Assembly (NCBI GenBank): GCA_947643665.1
Contig: CANRWW010000003.1
Span: 4,340 to 68,339, forward strand
Direction: 5' to 3'
Length of the DNA stretch: 64,000 nucleotides
From: an uncultured Porphyromonadaceae bacterium
GTDB lineage: Bacteria; Bacteroidota; Bacteroidia; Bacteroidales; Muribaculaceae
How positions within the stretch are numbered: position 1 is the stretch's first letter; each line of letters begins with the position of its first letter. The position numbers and the translations under genes are program-made. Of the stretch, positions 41,598-52,915 are shown piece after piece. The notes below the pieces were generated by a model, which was not told where the DNA came from, searched no databases, and saw only the letters and a program-made list of their open reading frames with translations.

Positions 41598-42212
41598 ATG
41601 ACAGATATGAACGAGATATTGAGTTATATGCGTAACATGCTCCAGCTGGTGTTTGCTCCGGCACGCGGATGGGAAGACCTGGAAGATTCAGAGCGTGGCA
41701 TGTCGCTTAAAGCGCAGGAGCAGGCTTCATTAAGGTTATATTATCGATGTTTTCTTCCTGTTTCAGCCATATGTGCTTTATCCTGTTTCGTGCGTTTGTT
41801 TTACGGCGATGGGGGAGGCTGGCTTGGTTGCCTTCAATTGTCAATAGTGACTTTTGTATCGCTTTTTCTTGCCGCGCAGGTGGCACGCTGGGCTATGGGG
41901 CTGGCAATGCCGCGTCTTGTATCCGATGATCCGCGCGAACCGTCTGATGCCGAGTGGCCTAAATCCCGCGGACTGGAGATGATATGTTACAGTCTCACAT
42001 TCATGGCTCTTGTGTTTATGCTTGCCAACGTGGTAAAAGTAAAAATCACGCTTATTGAGTTCTTGCCGTTCTATGTGGTTTTTATCATCTGGAAAGGATG
42101 GAGGTATGTAGGGGTAAAGGAGCGTAATGTCGGATTGTTTATGATAATGGAGACTGCGGCAATTGTAGGAAGTGTATATCTGTGGTCTTTTTTTCTGAAT
42201 GTAGTGATTTGA
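41598..42212 (+). CDS. Hypothetical polytopic membrane protein (Yip1/DUF1282-like topology)
   Basis: About 204 aa from [11 protein letters not shown], with 4-5 predicted TM helices. I trimmed the start because the -7 box lies inside the longer track ORF. Confidence 0.55.
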   Translation: MTDMNEILSYMRNMLQLVFAPARGWEDLEDSERGMSLKAQEQASLRLYYRCFLPVSAICALSCFVRLFYGDGGGWLGCLQLSIVTFVSLFLAAQVARWAMGLAMPRLVSDDPREPSDAEWPKSRGLEMICYSLTFMALVFMLANVVKVKITLIEFLPFYVVFIIWKGWRYVGVKERNVGLFMIMETAAIVGSVYLWSFFLNVVI

Positions 42213-42216
42213 GAAT

Positions 42217-42681
42217 ATGGAGAAGAAAATGAAATTCAAGGAGGTGAATATTAAAAATCGCCGCGCCACTTTCGACTATGCCATAGGGGATACTTTCACC
42301 GCAGGACTGGTGCTTACAGGTACTGAGATAAAATCAATACGCCAGGGGAAAGCATCTCTGGTTGATACTTTCTGCTATGTGAACAATGGGGAGGTATGGG
42401 TGAAAAACATGTATATAGCGGAGTATTTTTATGGTACGTACAACAATCATACCGAACGGCGTGACCGCAAACTGCTGCTGAATCGCAAGGAGATTGAAAA
42501 ATTAGGCCGTGATGGCAAAGATGCCGGCTTTTCGATTATTCCCCTGAGACTTTTTATCAACGAAAGGGGATATGCGAAACTTGTGATAGGCGTTGCCCGC
42601 GGTAAAAAGGAATATGACAAGCGGCAGAGTTTGCGCGAGCGCGATGACAAACTTGCCATGGCACGTGCTATGATGAAATAA
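42217..42681 (+). CDS. smpB: SsrA-binding protein
   Basis: 154 aa. [32 protein letters not shown] and a basic C-terminal tail are present. Confidence 0.93.
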   Translation: MEKKMKFKEVNIKNRRATFDYAIGDTFTAGLVLTGTEIKSIRQGKASLVDTFCYVNNGEVWVKNMYIAEYFYGTYNNHTERRDRKLLLNRKEIEKLGRDGKDAGFSIIPLRLFINERGYAKLVIGVARGKKEYDKRQSLRERDDKLAMARAMMK

Positions 42682-43878
42682 TCATTTGCGGGCTATTATA
42701 AGAAGACGTGAACCATCGTTTGCGGTGACACCTGTGATGCGGCTGTCACCGCTTGTCTTTACAGACAGTCTGCGAGCCAGTTCTGGTGCTGATAGTGGAA
42801 AATTCCTAACTGCCACATCCGCGTTTAGTTTTTTCTTTGAAAGAACTTTTGCCATGGATGAGGAGAAAGGAAGCACTTCTGTTATTTCGTGCCATTTACC
42901 GGGGAGATCCGGATTTGCCGATGAGGAAAAATACAGGTGGGTATTCTGATGGAGTTTGGTAAGGTTGTATTTTTCACTTAAAAGTGAGAACGGTGCAGCC
43001 TTCATCGTGGCAGGAGATGGTTCGAAAAGCATGTCTCCAGGTCGTGGTATACCATATGACGCTTTGGAAGCGCGTTCTTCGCTGCGAGTGAATGTCAGAG
43101 TTTTTTTTGTAGAGGAGTGTATTGTTATCAATACGTTTTCACTGTCAGGTATAGGAGAGGTGAAATCAATGACGGCAAGTATCTCACGGCAATCGCCGCT
43201 TTCATCCACGATATGAAGTTCGCTGCATGGCAGATCAGCCATAGTGCGGCTTACATCAAGCATGGGCGATAGTTTTACCATTACCTTGTCTGTTTTCTTT
43301 TCAAGAACAGGGATTATAGCCCCGACGTCAGGCATACAGTCGTGTATGTTGTATAGCCGTCTGCCCTCCCCGTCGCGTCTGGCAGGGTCTATGAATATGA
43401 GGTTGAATCTGTAGGGAGTGTTTTCCAGCCATTCCACAGAGTCTGCGTTTACTACGCTTACATTTTGCATGGTGCGGAAATTGTAAGCAGCAGCTTCGCT
43501 GAGTACCGGTTGTAGTTCTACTGCGATTGACTTGCACTGGTTCCCTAATACATTCGCGATGGCTTTGAAATCTATTCCAAGTCCGCATGTCATGTCAAGA
43601 AACATCCTGGGATTTTTTACAAGCCTGTGTGCTATTTCTGCATGCATAATGGCGACAGGTTCGGAAGATGCTTGTTCCACACTGAGCGGAGCTGCCATAA
43701 TCTCCGGCTGCATTTTACCGAATTTACGTCCGCATTTTTGCAATGATTCAATATGGTTTATGGCCAGCGCAATCCATTTTCCATCAGCATTGTGAAAACG
43801 GAATCGCAGGGTGTCGGTGTTTTCGTTCTTATGCTTTTCGATAAAGCTGAAAAGTTCTGGTACTATTATTTCTAGCAT
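42682..43878 (-). CDS. Class I SAM-dependent methyltransferase with C-terminal THUMP-like domain
   Basis: 398 aa with a SAM-binding motif-I-like segment FLDMTCGLGIDF and IFIDPARR. The C-terminal roughly 80 aa resemble the THUMP-like domain found in this Bacteroidetes family. Confidence 0.7.
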   Translation of the reverse strand: MLEIIVPELFSFIEKHKNENTDTLRFRFHNADGKWIALAINHIESLQKCGRKFGKMQPEIMAAPLSVEQASSEPVAIMHAEIAHRLVKNPRMFLDMTCGLGIDFKAIANVLGNQCKSIAVELQPVLSEAAAYNFRTMQNVSVVNADSVEWLENTPYRFNLIFIDPARRDGEGRRLYNIHDCMPDVGAIIPVLEKKTDKVMVKLSPMLDVSRTMADLPCSELHIVDESGDCREILAVIDFTSPIPDSENVLITIHSSTKKTLTFTRSEERASKASYGIPRPGDMLFEPSPATMKAAPFSLLSEKYNLTKLHQNTHLYFSSSANPDLPGKWHEITEVLPFSSSMAKVLSKKKLNADVAVRNFPLSAPELARRLSVKTSGDSRITGVTANDGSRLLIIARK

Positions 43879-43985
43879 TGTTTATGCGGGTATCAATAAA
43901 ACATGGCGCAACAACCGGATTAAAAACCGCATGTTACGCCATGTCATTATATCATACTGATATGTGCCAAGACACTATCAGAGGT

Positions 43986-45239
43986 TTATTTCTTGTCCTG
44001 TACAGCGGCTACGCCGGGGAGAATCTTGCCTTCGATAGCCTCAAGAAGAGCGCCTCCTCCGGTAGATACATAGCTTACCTGGTCTGCAAGGCCGAACTTG
44101 TTCACACATGCGACAGAGTCACCGCCACCGACAAGCGAGAAAGCTCCGTTATTGGTAGCTTCTACGATTGCATCTGCTATGGCACGTGAACCTGCAGTAA
44201 AGTTGTCAAACTCAAATACACCGGCAGGACCGTTCCAAAGGATAGTCTTTGCATCGCGGATTACATTTGCAAAAGACTTGCGTGTTTCGGGACCTGCATC
44301 CATGCCTTCCCATCCTTCAGGAATGTCCATTACTGAGCATACCTGTGTTTTTGCGTCATTGCTGAAAGAGTCGCCGGCAACGCAGTCCGTTCCCAATACA
44401 AGGTTGACACCTTTTTCTTTGGCTTTTGCCATTATGTCGCGGGCGAGATCCAGCTTGTCAAGTTCGCAGATGGAGACACCAACGTTGCCACCCATGGCTT
44501 TTGCGAATGTATATGTCATGCCGCCGCAGAGGATGAGGTTGTCCACCTTGTCCATAAGGTTTTCAATGATGCCGATTTTTGTGGAAACTTTCGAACCGCC
44601 CATGATGGCAGTGAAAGGACGCTGGATGTCGCTGAGGATTTTGTCAACAGCTTTGACTTCCTTTTCCATAAGATATCCGAGCATCTTGTCTTCGGCTTTG
44701 AAATAGTCGGCGATAACAGCTGTGGAGGCGTGTTTGCGGTGAGCTGTACCGAAAGCGTCGTTCACATAAACGTCTGCATAGCTTGCAAGGGTTTCAGCGA
44801 ATTTCTTTTGACGTTCTTTCATTTCTTTTTTTGCCGCGTCATATGCAGGGTCTTCTTTGTCGATTCCTACAGGTTTTCCTTCCTCTTCGGGGTAGAAACG
44901 CAGGTTTTCGAGCAGAAGCACCTCACCTGGTTTGAGTGTGGCTGCGGCTTCGGCTGCATCGGCGCAATCGGGAGCGAATTTCACATCGTGGCCGAGGGCT
45001 TTGGCTACATCGTCTTTTATCTGGGCAAGTGAGAACTTGGGACTTACTTTTCCTTTGGGTTTGCCCATGTGGGACATGATTATGAGGCTGCCGCCGTCTT
45101 CAAGGATTTTCTTGAGTGTAGGGAGGGCACCACGGATGCGGGTGTCGTCGGTGATGTGGCCGTTTTCGTCCAGGGGCACATTGAAATCCACACGTACGAT
45201 GGCTTTCTTGCCGGCGAAATTGTAGTTGTCTATTGTCAT
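43986..45239 (-). CDS. pgk: Phosphoglycerate kinase
   Basis: [22 protein letters not shown] and [10 protein letters not shown] are present. The start is trimmed to [12 protein letters not shown]. Confidence 0.95.
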   Translation of the reverse strand: MTIDNYNFAGKKAIVRVDFNVPLDENGHITDDTRIRGALPTLKKILEDGGSLIIMSHMGKPKGKVSPKFSLAQIKDDVAKALGHDVKFAPDCADAAEAAATLKPGEVLLLENLRFYPEEEGKPVGIDKEDPAYDAAKKEMKERQKKFAETLASYADVYVNDAFGTAHRKHASTAVIADYFKAEDKMLGYLMEKEVKAVDKILSDIQRPFTAIMGGSKVSTKIGIIENLMDKVDNLILCGGMTYTFAKAMGGNVGVSICELDKLDLARDIMAKAKEKGVNLVLGTDCVAGDSFSNDAKTQVCSVMDIPEGWEGMDAGPETRKSFANVIRDAKTILWNGPAGVFEFDNFTAGSRAIADAIVEATNNGAFSLVGGGDSVACVNKFGLADQVSYVSTGGGALLEAIEGKILPGVAAVQDKK

Positions 45240-45382
45240 TGTTATGTTAGTTTTTGGAATGTTTTCAAAAATGGCGTGCGTTTCCACACACGGTTGTCTT
45301 AATTGTCAAAGTGTAACACACTAGATGTTTAAAACGCTGACAAATATAGCTTATTTTTAGCGAAACATTCTTAAATCAATCG

Positions 45383-46225
45383 TTAAATTTTACTATATTC
45401 GTTTAGCATTGTAGCCATTTCGGCGGCAAGTTCACGTGCGGCGTTTCCTGCGGCATCGGCATAGTCGCTTTCTTTTGAAGCGAATATTATGCCGCGTGAT
45501 GAGTTGACGATCAATCCGCATTCGTCGGTCATACCATGGCGGCATACCGCCGATAGGTCTCCTCCCTGGGCGCCTACTCCCGGAACGAGCAGGAAGTTTT
45601 CTGGAGCTACGCGCCGTATGTCAGCAAACATTTCTCCCTGTGTGGCTCCGACAACAAACATAATCTCTTCCGGTGAAGCCCATTCCGTAGCTTTTGAAAG
45701 CACATTTTCGAATAAGCGTCCCCCTTGGGTGTTTTCGACGAACTGGAAGTCCTTTGATCCGGGATTTGATGTCAGAGCCAGTATGATCACCCATTTCCCG
45801 TCATGTCCAAGGAATGGTTTCACGCTGTCTGCACCCATGTATGGAGCTACAGTGAGGGCGTCAACTGACATTTTTTCAAAAAAGGCCCGCGCATATAATG
45901 CAGATGTATTACCTATGTCTCCTCGTTTTGCATCGGCTATTACAAACTGGTCGGGATAGTTTTCCTTTATGTATGATACCGTCTGATCAAGTGCTTCCCA
46001 TCCCTCGGCACCTAGTGCTTCATAGAAGGCCGTGTTTGGTTTGTAGGCCACGCAATAGGGTGCTGTGGCATCAATAATAGCCTTGTTGAACTCAAGCATT
46101 GCTGTGGCAGGCGAGGCATATTTTTCAGTTATGCATTTTGGAAGTTTCAGCGGGTCGCTGTCTAGTCCGACGCATAGGAAAGAGCGCTTGCGGGCTATGT
46201 TTTCAATCAGTTCTTTCTTTGTCAT
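45383..46225 (-). CDS. pyrF: Orotidine-5'-phosphate decarboxylase (type 2, about 280 aa)
   Basis: FLCVGLDSD and the catalytic-Lys motif [13 protein letters not shown] are present. Confidence 0.9.
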   Translation of the reverse strand: MTKKELIENIARKRSFLCVGLDSDPLKLPKCITEKYASPATAMLEFNKAIIDATAPYCVAYKPNTAFYEALGAEGWEALDQTVSYIKENYPDQFVIADAKRGDIGNTSALYARAFFEKMSVDALTVAPYMGADSVKPFLGHDGKWVIILALTSNPGSKDFQFVENTQGGRLFENVLSKATEWASPEEIMFVVGATQGEMFADIRRVAPENFLLVPGVGAQGGDLSAVCRHGMTDECGLIVNSSRGIIFASKESDYADAAGNAARELAAEMATMLNEYSKI

Positions 46226-46280
46226 GGGGTATGGGTGTGATTGATTGGCAGCTGCATAGGCAGCTGCCTGAATTGTATTG

Positions 46281-47390
46281 TCAGAGTTCTGCTTCCTTTA
46301 GTTTTTCTGAATTTTCGGCGATTATAAGATGGTCAATGCAATCTTGTATGTCTCCGTCAATGAAAGCCTGAAGGTTATAGATTGTGTAGTTGATGCGGTG
46401 GTCTGTGATACGTCCTTGCGGGAAGTTGTACGTGCGTATCTTCGCGGAACGGTCTCCTGTGGAAACAAGCGTCTTGCGGCGTGAGGCTATGTCGTCAACG
46501 TATTTCTGATGCTCTTTGTCGTAGATGAAAGTACGCAGGCGGCTGAGTGCCCTTTCTTTGTTTTTAGGTTGGTCGCGTGTTTCTGTACATTCGATCAGTA
46601 TTTCGTCGGTCTGTCCGGTGACGGGGTTTTTCCACATGTAGCGCAACCGCACTCCGGATTCAACCTTATTGACGTTCTGGCCTCCGGCTCCGCCGCTACG
46701 GAATGTTTCCCATTTTATCTCCCCTTCGTTGATTTCCACATCGAATGCTTCTGCTTCGGGAAGTACTGCCACAGTTGCCGCTGAGGTGTGCACTCGGCCT
46801 TGGGTTTCTGTGGCAGGTACACGCTGCACACGGTGGACGCCGCTTTCATACTTAAGGGTGCCATACACGTTGTCTCCGCTTACAGCAAACACGATTTCCT
46901 TGAAACCGCCTGCTGTGCCTTCGTTGAAACTGGTCACTGCCACTTGCCATCCTTTCTGCTCGCAATATTTAGTATACATTTTGAACAGGTCGCCGGCAAA
47001 CAGGGCGGCTTCGTCGCCTCCTGTGCCGCCGCGTATTTCCACTATGGCGTTTTTTGAGTCTTCCGGATCAGCAGGAATAAGCAGTATCTTTATTTCCTCT
47101 TCAAGCTGTGGAAGGGCTGAAGTGGCCATGTCAAGCTGTTCATGGGCCATCTGCCTGATTTCTGGATCAGATTCAGCATCAAGCAGTTCTTTCGCCTCGG
47201 AAATATCGTTTAAAAGCGATTTGTAACGTCGTGTGGCAGAAGTCAGTTTTTCCAGTTCGCGGTATTCTTTGTTGAGCCGGACATATCGTTTCATGTCGGC
47301 TATTACCGCAGGGTCGGTGATTAGTGTCGAGACTTCCGCAAAGCGGGCCTCAATGCCGTCAAGGCGGTTGAGAAGCGAGTTTTCGGCCAT
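46281..47390 (-). CDS. prfA: Peptide chain release factor 1
   Basis: It has the RF1 tripeptide context [10 protein letters not shown] and the GGQ motif [13 protein letters not shown]. The frame is uninterrupted. Confidence 0.95.
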   Translation of the reverse strand: MAENSLLNRLDGIEARFAEVSTLITDPAVIADMKRYVRLNKEYRELEKLTSATRRYKSLLNDISEAKELLDAESDPEIRQMAHEQLDMATSALPQLEEEIKILLIPADPEDSKNAIVEIRGGTGGDEAALFAGDLFKMYTKYCEQKGWQVAVTSFNEGTAGGFKEIVFAVSGDNVYGTLKYESGVHRVQRVPATETQGRVHTSAATVAVLPEAEAFDVEINEGEIKWETFRSGGAGGQNVNKVESGVRLRYMWKNPVTGQTDEILIECTETRDQPKNKERALSRLRTFIYDKEHQKYVDDIASRRKTLVSTGDRSAKIRTYNFPQGRITDHRINYTIYNLQAFIDGDIQDCIDHLIIAENSEKLKEAEL

Positions 47391-47399
47391 GTGGGAATA

Positions 47400-49793
47400 T
47401 TACAGGTCAGTGACTGAATACTTTATTACGTCAAGGACGGTGTTGAAATAATGGAATGCCAGCCCCTTGCGGTAGCGTTCGTTTATATCCTCCACGTCGC
47501 GCCGGTTCTCTTCAGACAGTATAATGTCGGTGATTCCGGCACGTTTCGCTGCAAGGATTTTTTCTTTGATCCCTCCTACCGGAAGCACTTTGCCGCGCAG
47601 GGTGATCTCGCCGGTCATTGCCAGACGTTCGCGAACCTTTTTGCCTGTAAATGCGGAAACAATGGATGTTGCCATAGTGATTCCGGCAGACGGGCCGTCT
47701 TTTGGTATGGCTCCTTCGGGTACGTGGATGTGCAGGTTGTAGGCGTCGAACATTTCAGGATTTATCCCTATGTTATCGGCATGGGCCTTTACATATTGGA
47801 GGGCAATGACTGCAGACTCTTTCATCACGTCTCCAAGGTTGCCTGTGAGTGTGAGTTTCTCGCCTTTGCCTTTGGATAATGATGATTCTATGAATAGGAT
47901 CTCTCCTCCTACCGCTGTCCATGCAAGGCCGGTGACCACACCGGGAAATTCATTTCCTTCGTAGCGGTCGCTTTGGTGGCGCGGCAGTCCCAGATAGTCA
48001 TGAAGGTGCTCCGGGAGTATTTCGGAAGGGACATCCTTGTTTTGCAGACGTCTGAGCACTGTTTTACGCAGTATGCCGGCAAGTGCTTTTTCAAGTTGGC
48101 GTACCCCGCTTTCCGATGTATATTCTTCTATGATCTTGCGGAGTGCCTCGTCAGAGATTTTGATATAATCGTTTCCGAGGTTAAGTTCTTCCATAACCCT
48201 CGGCAGGAGGTGGCGGCGCGCTATCTCTATTTTCTCCTCAACCAGATATCCAGAGATCTCAATGACTTCCATGCGGTCAAGCAATGGTTGGGAGAGGGTT
48301 GACAGTGTATTGGCAGTGGCAATGAATAGCACTTTGGAGAGGTCGAAATCCACATCTATGTAATTGTCGTGGAAACGGCAGTTCTGTTCCGGGTCAAGCA
48401 CTTCAAGCAATGCCGCAGATGGATCCCCTTTGAAGTCGTTTCCTATTTTGTCAACCTCGTCAAGCAGTATCACAGGGTTGCGCGATCTGGATCTGCGCAC
48501 CGAGTCCATTATCCGGCCCGGCATGGCGCCTATGTATGTGCGTCTGTGCCCGCGTATCTCGGCTTCGTCATGGAGGCCGCCGAGTGATACACGCCTGTAA
48601 TTTCTTCCAAGTGCTTTGGCTATGGATTGGCCGAGAGAAGTTTTTCCTACCCCGGGCGCGCCTACCAGGCATAAGATGGGCGATTTGCCGCCGGGATTGT
48701 TTATCATCACGGCGAGTTGTTCCAAGATACGGTCTTTTACTTTTTCAAGTCCGTAATGGTCCATATTGAGTATGTCCTCTGCCTTGGTAAAATCGGTATT
48801 GAGTTCTGTTTCTTTGTTCCATGGGAGGTCAAGCACGGTTTCAATGTATGAAAGTAGCGTTGAATAATCCGGCATGGACGGGTTGAGCCTTTGCAGGCGG
48901 TCAATTTCTTTGTCAATGGTTTTTGCCACGCTTTCAGGCATTCCTGCCTCTTCTGTTTTTTTGCGCAGGGTGTCTATCTCGTCGTTTTCATCCCCGTACA
49001 GTTCCTCGCGTATGGCATTCATCTGTTGCTGGAGGAAAGCATTACGGTTCTGTTGTGTCATCTCCATCTGGGCTTTCTCTTTGATGGAGTTTGCAATTTC
49101 TATGCGTGACAGGATGTCAAGCATGCTGTGGTATAACATTATACCACGTTCTTTGACCCGTTGTTTTGCCAGCATTTTCATTTTTTCGGCAGGGTCGAAA
49201 GGTATGTTTGTGGCTGCTGTATTGATCAGTTCGGCCGGATCGGAGATGTTTTCTACGTTCATGAATATCGCAGGGCCGCTGTCCAGCCCTTTTGACAATG
49301 ATTTCATGCTGTCGCGGATGCTTTTTATGAGTACTTCAAACTCCTTGTCTCCTTCTGCCGGTCTGCGGTCGGCAACTGGAGTGGCCTCCACGTTAAGTTC
49401 TGATCCCGGAATGGTAATGCCGGCAGATTCTTTCTTTATCTTGAATCTTCCACGTCCACGCACAAGGGCAGTGTGGCCTCCGTCCGGAAGGTCAAGAACC
49501 TGGATTATTTCGGCTAGCACTCCATATTTGCATACTTGGGACGCCTTTGAAATCTGGTTCTGTGAGGCATTGATCTGGCAGCAAATCCCGACAGGTATGT
49601 TATGCTCGGATGCATAACGTGCCACTCGCAGGGCGTTTTCTCTTACCAATGCTATTGGAATGGTTACTTGAGGAAAAAGTACAAGATTGCGTGTGGCAAT
49701 CACCGGAAGGTCGCTCCATGTCGGGTCGGAGTTCTTTCCGTCGTTGTTTATGTCAAATCTACCGAATGAAACTATCTGGCAGTTGTCGTTCAT
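47400..49793 (-). CDS. lon: Lon protease (endopeptidase La)
   Basis: 797 aa with an N-terminal LON domain, Walker [12 protein letters not shown] and the catalytic Ser context [13 protein letters not shown]. Confidence 0.95.
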   Translation of the reverse strand: MNDNCQIVSFGRFDINNDGKNSDPTWSDLPVIATRNLVLFPQVTIPIALVRENALRVARYASEHNIPVGICCQINASQNQISKASQVCKYGVLAEIIQVLDLPDGGHTALVRGRGRFKIKKESAGITIPGSELNVEATPVADRRPAEGDKEFEVLIKSIRDSMKSLSKGLDSGPAIFMNVENISDPAELINTAATNIPFDPAEKMKMLAKQRVKERGIMLYHSMLDILSRIEIANSIKEKAQMEMTQQNRNAFLQQQMNAIREELYGDENDEIDTLRKKTEEAGMPESVAKTIDKEIDRLQRLNPSMPDYSTLLSYIETVLDLPWNKETELNTDFTKAEDILNMDHYGLEKVKDRILEQLAVMINNPGGKSPILCLVGAPGVGKTSLGQSIAKALGRNYRRVSLGGLHDEAEIRGHRRTYIGAMPGRIMDSVRRSRSRNPVILLDEVDKIGNDFKGDPSAALLEVLDPEQNCRFHDNYIDVDFDLSKVLFIATANTLSTLSQPLLDRMEVIEISGYLVEEKIEIARRHLLPRVMEELNLGNDYIKISDEALRKIIEEYTSESGVRQLEKALAGILRKTVLRRLQNKDVPSEILPEHLHDYLGLPRHQSDRYEGNEFPGVVTGLAWTAVGGEILFIESSLSKGKGEKLTLTGNLGDVMKESAVIALQYVKAHADNIGINPEMFDAYNLHIHVPEGAIPKDGPSAGITMATSIVSAFTGKKVRERLAMTGEITLRGKVLPVGGIKEKILAAKRAGITDIILSEENRRDVEDINERYRKGLAFHYFNTVLDVIKYSVTDL

Positions 49794-49868
49794 GTTTAAA
49801 ATGCAGGGATACAGTGGGTTATATATAGCGCGACTTAAAAGCGCTTAAAGATCACTATTTTGAATGTG

Positions 49869-49876
49869 CAAAGTTA
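49869..49876 (-). promoter_or_regulatory. Bacteroidetes -7 promoter box (TAnnTTTG)
   Basis: TAACTTTG on the minus strand, 75 nt upstream of the lon ATG. Confidence 0.4.
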
Positions 49877-49973
49877 CTAAAAAAATGGTTATTCGCTGTT
49901 TGCAAAAGTGTTACAATCGCAAATTTGTTGAGAAAGTTTTGTATTATATTTGTGATACTTAAAAATTGTTTCG

Positions 49974-49981
49974 TATCTTTG
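49974..49981 (+). promoter_or_regulatory. Bacteroidetes -7 promoter box (TAnnTTTG)
   Basis: TATCTTTG, about 200 nt upstream of the kinase-like gene. A second box, TATATTTG, lies about 30 nt further upstream. The region is AT-rich, so chance occurrence is plausible. Confidence 0.35.
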
Positions 49982-50195
49982 TATCGGATATAGGGGGATA
50001 TTCCCAAGCCCTTCCTTTAATTATCATAGGCGGGGTAGTGATGTGTCACATATGTGAGAACCGAGAATATAGTAATTGTAAGGTCTTTGTCCCCTCCATA
50101 TCTATTGTTATATCTTTCGAACCGATTATAGTCTGTTGCGATTCGATCGGATTTTATATCAGTGATGTTTATAATCCGTGTAAATGCTCGTTGTA

Positions 50196-52277
50196 ATGAG
50201 AAGATTTTTGTCAATCAACATATTCATCCAGATTTTATGGTTGGCTGTTCCTGTCCAGGCTCTTCCACCAAGTTTTGATAAGAAGAGTGCGATAAACAGC
50301 CTTCAGGGTGAATTGGCGCGTACGACTGATGCCACAGATAGTATGGTGATATTATCCAATCTTTTTGATCTGTATCCGCGTCAGTCCCGCGATTCAATAG
50401 GAATGATCGTATATCGGATGGCTCTGGCTACAGGAAATTCCGACTATGGCCTTGATGCATTGCGCAATCTGGGCAATGTGCACCAGCGCAACGATTCACT
50501 TCTTGAAATGGATATAAAACGAGCCATGAATTTCGAGCCGTCTGAAGACCGTGATGAAACTGTCACTTTTATTAGAATGTTTCGCAATATGGCTAAGGTA
50601 AGGTATACACCCGAAGAAGAAAAGGAGCGGGAGTTTTATCGTATTTTGAGGAAATTGAATGATTCCGGCAGCCAGGATCTGTATGGCCGTATTGTATTGC
50701 TCCATGCATTGTGCCTTTATATTGCGGATGGGTCGCAGGGGGAACTGTTGTCAAAGTACCTTGACAAACTTGGCTCTCTGATAGAACAATTGAGGCCTGA
50801 GGCATACAGTCTGCGTAATTGCTATTATGTGCAGGCGGCTCTTGCGTATGCCAACAATCGGGAATATGAAAAAGCGATAGAAAATGACCGTAAACTGCTT
50901 GATGTTATTGATGCTCTTGAAGAGGGTCAGATAGGGCGAAATCGTATGTACAGGGATTATGACGGTAACAGATACATAATTTATACCCGTTTGTTGAGCT
51001 ATTACCCGTATCTTATGCCTGAGGAGGTGGAAAAATATTATGCCAAGGCTATGAAACTGGTAGAGGAGGATGAGGTTGCGCGTTCCACTAATACGATTTC
51101 AGGTTGTCCCCAGATTTATTATGCGATGTACAAGCGGGATCATGTACAAGCGCTTGAATTGCTGGAGAAATACCGCGATATGCCTTATAACGCCCAGAAA
51201 AAAGAGCAGTTGTTAAGATACACCATAGAGTGCGCCGAGCATATCGGTGATAACGGCATCCTTTTGTCGGCATCGCGTGAGTATAACAAAATCCTGCAGG
51301 AGATTATAAACCAACGTTCCCGTGAGAAATACAAGGAATTGCAGATGGTTTATGACATAAACGGCATTAAGGAAGCCCATGCCGAGGAAGCCCGCATATT
51401 GACGCGTAATTCATTGATATGGGCGCTCGTCGCAGCCGGGGTATTGCTGCTGATGCTTGTTGTTGTGGCTGTACTGTTGCGCCATGCGCACCATATCGGT
51501 AAAAAACTCAGCGAGTCTAACGAGGCATTGCGTAAGGAAAGCGAGAGCCTTAAGGATTCCCAGTCCCAACTTTTGAAAGCCCGTGACGAAGCCCGTAATG
51601 CAAGTCGCATGAAGAGCGATTTTATCAAAAATATAAGCAGCGAAATTACTGTACCGTTGCATGCTATAAATGAATATACCAATCTGATAGTAGATTGTTC
51701 TGAAGCAGGTTATAAACCATATTTAAAGCACTTCTCGGAGTTGGTGGAATTGAATTCGGAGTTACTTACGACGATAGTAAACGATGTGTTGAACTTGTCT
51801 GAAATAGAATCCAATTCGCTTATTGTGAATCGTACAAAAGAGAATCTTGAAAACCTGCTTGAGCTGGCTGCCGACAGTGTGCGTCATCGCCTGAATAATG
51901 GTGTCAGGCTTCATGTAGATAAAAAAGGCAGTGAGATATCCATTTATACAGATTCGCGCCGTCTTGTGCAGATCCTGGTGCAACTGCTTGTAAACGCGGC
52001 AAAGGCTACACATGAGGGGCAGATTACGGTTTCTTATGATTTGGAGCGTGATGAAAATAAGGTTGTTATTTATGTTGCAGATGAAGGCCCGGGCATTTCC
52101 CCTGAAAATAGCGAACGCATTTTTGAGCGCTTTGTCAAATTGGACAGAGCTTCACAAGGTGTCGGTATCGGGCTTACGATAGCGCGCCAACTTGCCATGC
52201 TTTTGGGCGGCACGCTTACATTGGATACCAGTTATACGGACGGCGCACGTTTTAAACTGGTCCTTCCCCTGGAATGA
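50196..52277 (+). CDS. Orphan histidine-kinase-like sensor: periplasmic TPR-like domain, one TM helix, HisKA-like and HATPase_c domains
   Basis: It has a signal peptide or anchor, a roughly 400-aa helical-repeat domain, and the TM helix LIWALVAAGVLLLMLVVVAVLL. The H-box-like segment is KSDFIKNISSEITVPLHAI. The N-box LLVNAAKAT, G1 DEGPGI and G2 GVGIGLTIARQL are intact. The start is at ATG 50196 or ATG 50184, which share a frame. No response regulator lies adjacent. Confidence 0.8.
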   Translation: MRRFLSINIFIQILWLAVPVQALPPSFDKKSAINSLQGELARTTDATDSMVILSNLFDLYPRQSRDSIGMIVYRMALATGNSDYGLDALRNLGNVHQRNDSLLEMDIKRAMNFEPSEDRDETVTFIRMFRNMAKVRYTPEEEKEREFYRILRKLNDSGSQDLYGRIVLLHALCLYIADGSQGELLSKYLDKLGSLIEQLRPEAYSLRNCYYVQAALAYANNREYEKAIENDRKLLDVIDALEEGQIGRNRMYRDYDGNRYIIYTRLLSYYPYLMPEEVEKYYAKAMKLVEEDEVARSTNTISGCPQIYYAMYKRDHVQALELLEKYRDMPYNAQKKEQLLRYTIECAEHIGDNGILLSASREYNKILQEIINQRSREKYKELQMVYDINGIKEAHAEEARILTRNSLIWALVAAGVLLLMLVVVAVLLRHAHHIGKKLSESNEALRKESESLKDSQSQLLKARDEARNASRMKSDFIKNISSEITVPLHAINEYTNLIVDCSEAGYKPYLKHFSELVELNSELLTTIVNDVLNLSEIESNSLIVNRTKENLENLLELAADSVRHRLNNGVRLHVDKKGSEISIYTDSRRLVQILVQLLVNAAKATHEGQITVSYDLERDENKVVIYVADEGPGISPENSERIFERFVKLDRASQGVGIGLTIARQLAMLLGGTLTLDTSYTDGARFKLVLPLE

Positions 52278-52339
52278 TTTCTTTTCTGTATCTTTAAAAA
52301 TGGCTGTTCCAAGATCGGAGCAGCCATAATAATTTTTGA

Positions 52340-52837
52340 TTAGAGTGCCAATGTGAAGATATGGGCGTCAATATGCAGGTTCTTAGGTCGTGCTATCCAT
52401 TGCGGGAGGGTGGCGGTATGTGTGAATCCGCATTTTTTGAAAAGTGCATGTGAAGCATTGTTGTCTGCCGCGATTGTGGCGGCGATCTGATGCAACCGAA
52501 AGTTGTTCCGGCAGTATTCTGCCGCCATTTGCAGTGCATCTGATGCATATCCCAACTTTCGATAGGGGGGAGCGATCATTATCCCAATGAAAGCATGGCC
52601 GTTTCTTGCATCTATGTCGTATAAGTCAAGCGTGCCTACAGTATCATTCCCGGTGTCTATCATAAGACGCAATTGCCCTTGGGCCAGTGGGTTTGCGTCG
52701 TATTTTTCTACATATTCCCATATCTGGTGGCGTGACAATGGAGCTGGGGAAAATCCATAACGCCACATATCGGGGTTGTTTTCCCAGATATACAACCTGT
52801 CCACGTCGGATGGTTCAAGAGCGCGTAAATGTACCAT
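52340..52837 (-). CDS. GNAT-family N-acetyltransferase
   Basis: 165 aa with a RimJ/RimL-like layout. The acetyl-CoA-binding region is IMIAPPYRKLGYASDAL, followed by the C-terminal segment NNASHALFKKCGF. Confidence 0.8.
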   Translation of the reverse strand: MVHLRALEPSDVDRLYIWENNPDMWRYGFSPAPLSRHQIWEYVEKYDANPLAQGQLRLMIDTGNDTVGTLDLYDIDARNGHAFIGIMIAPPYRKLGYASDALQMAAEYCRNNFRLHQIAATIAADNNASHALFKKCGFTHTATLPQWIARPKNLHIDAHIFTLAL

Positions 52838-52915
52838 ATGCTGGAAATCGGGTGTTAGAAATCTGTTATGTATGTTTTCTAATATCCAGGGGTTAAGTTC
52901 CGTGGTTTGAAAGGT

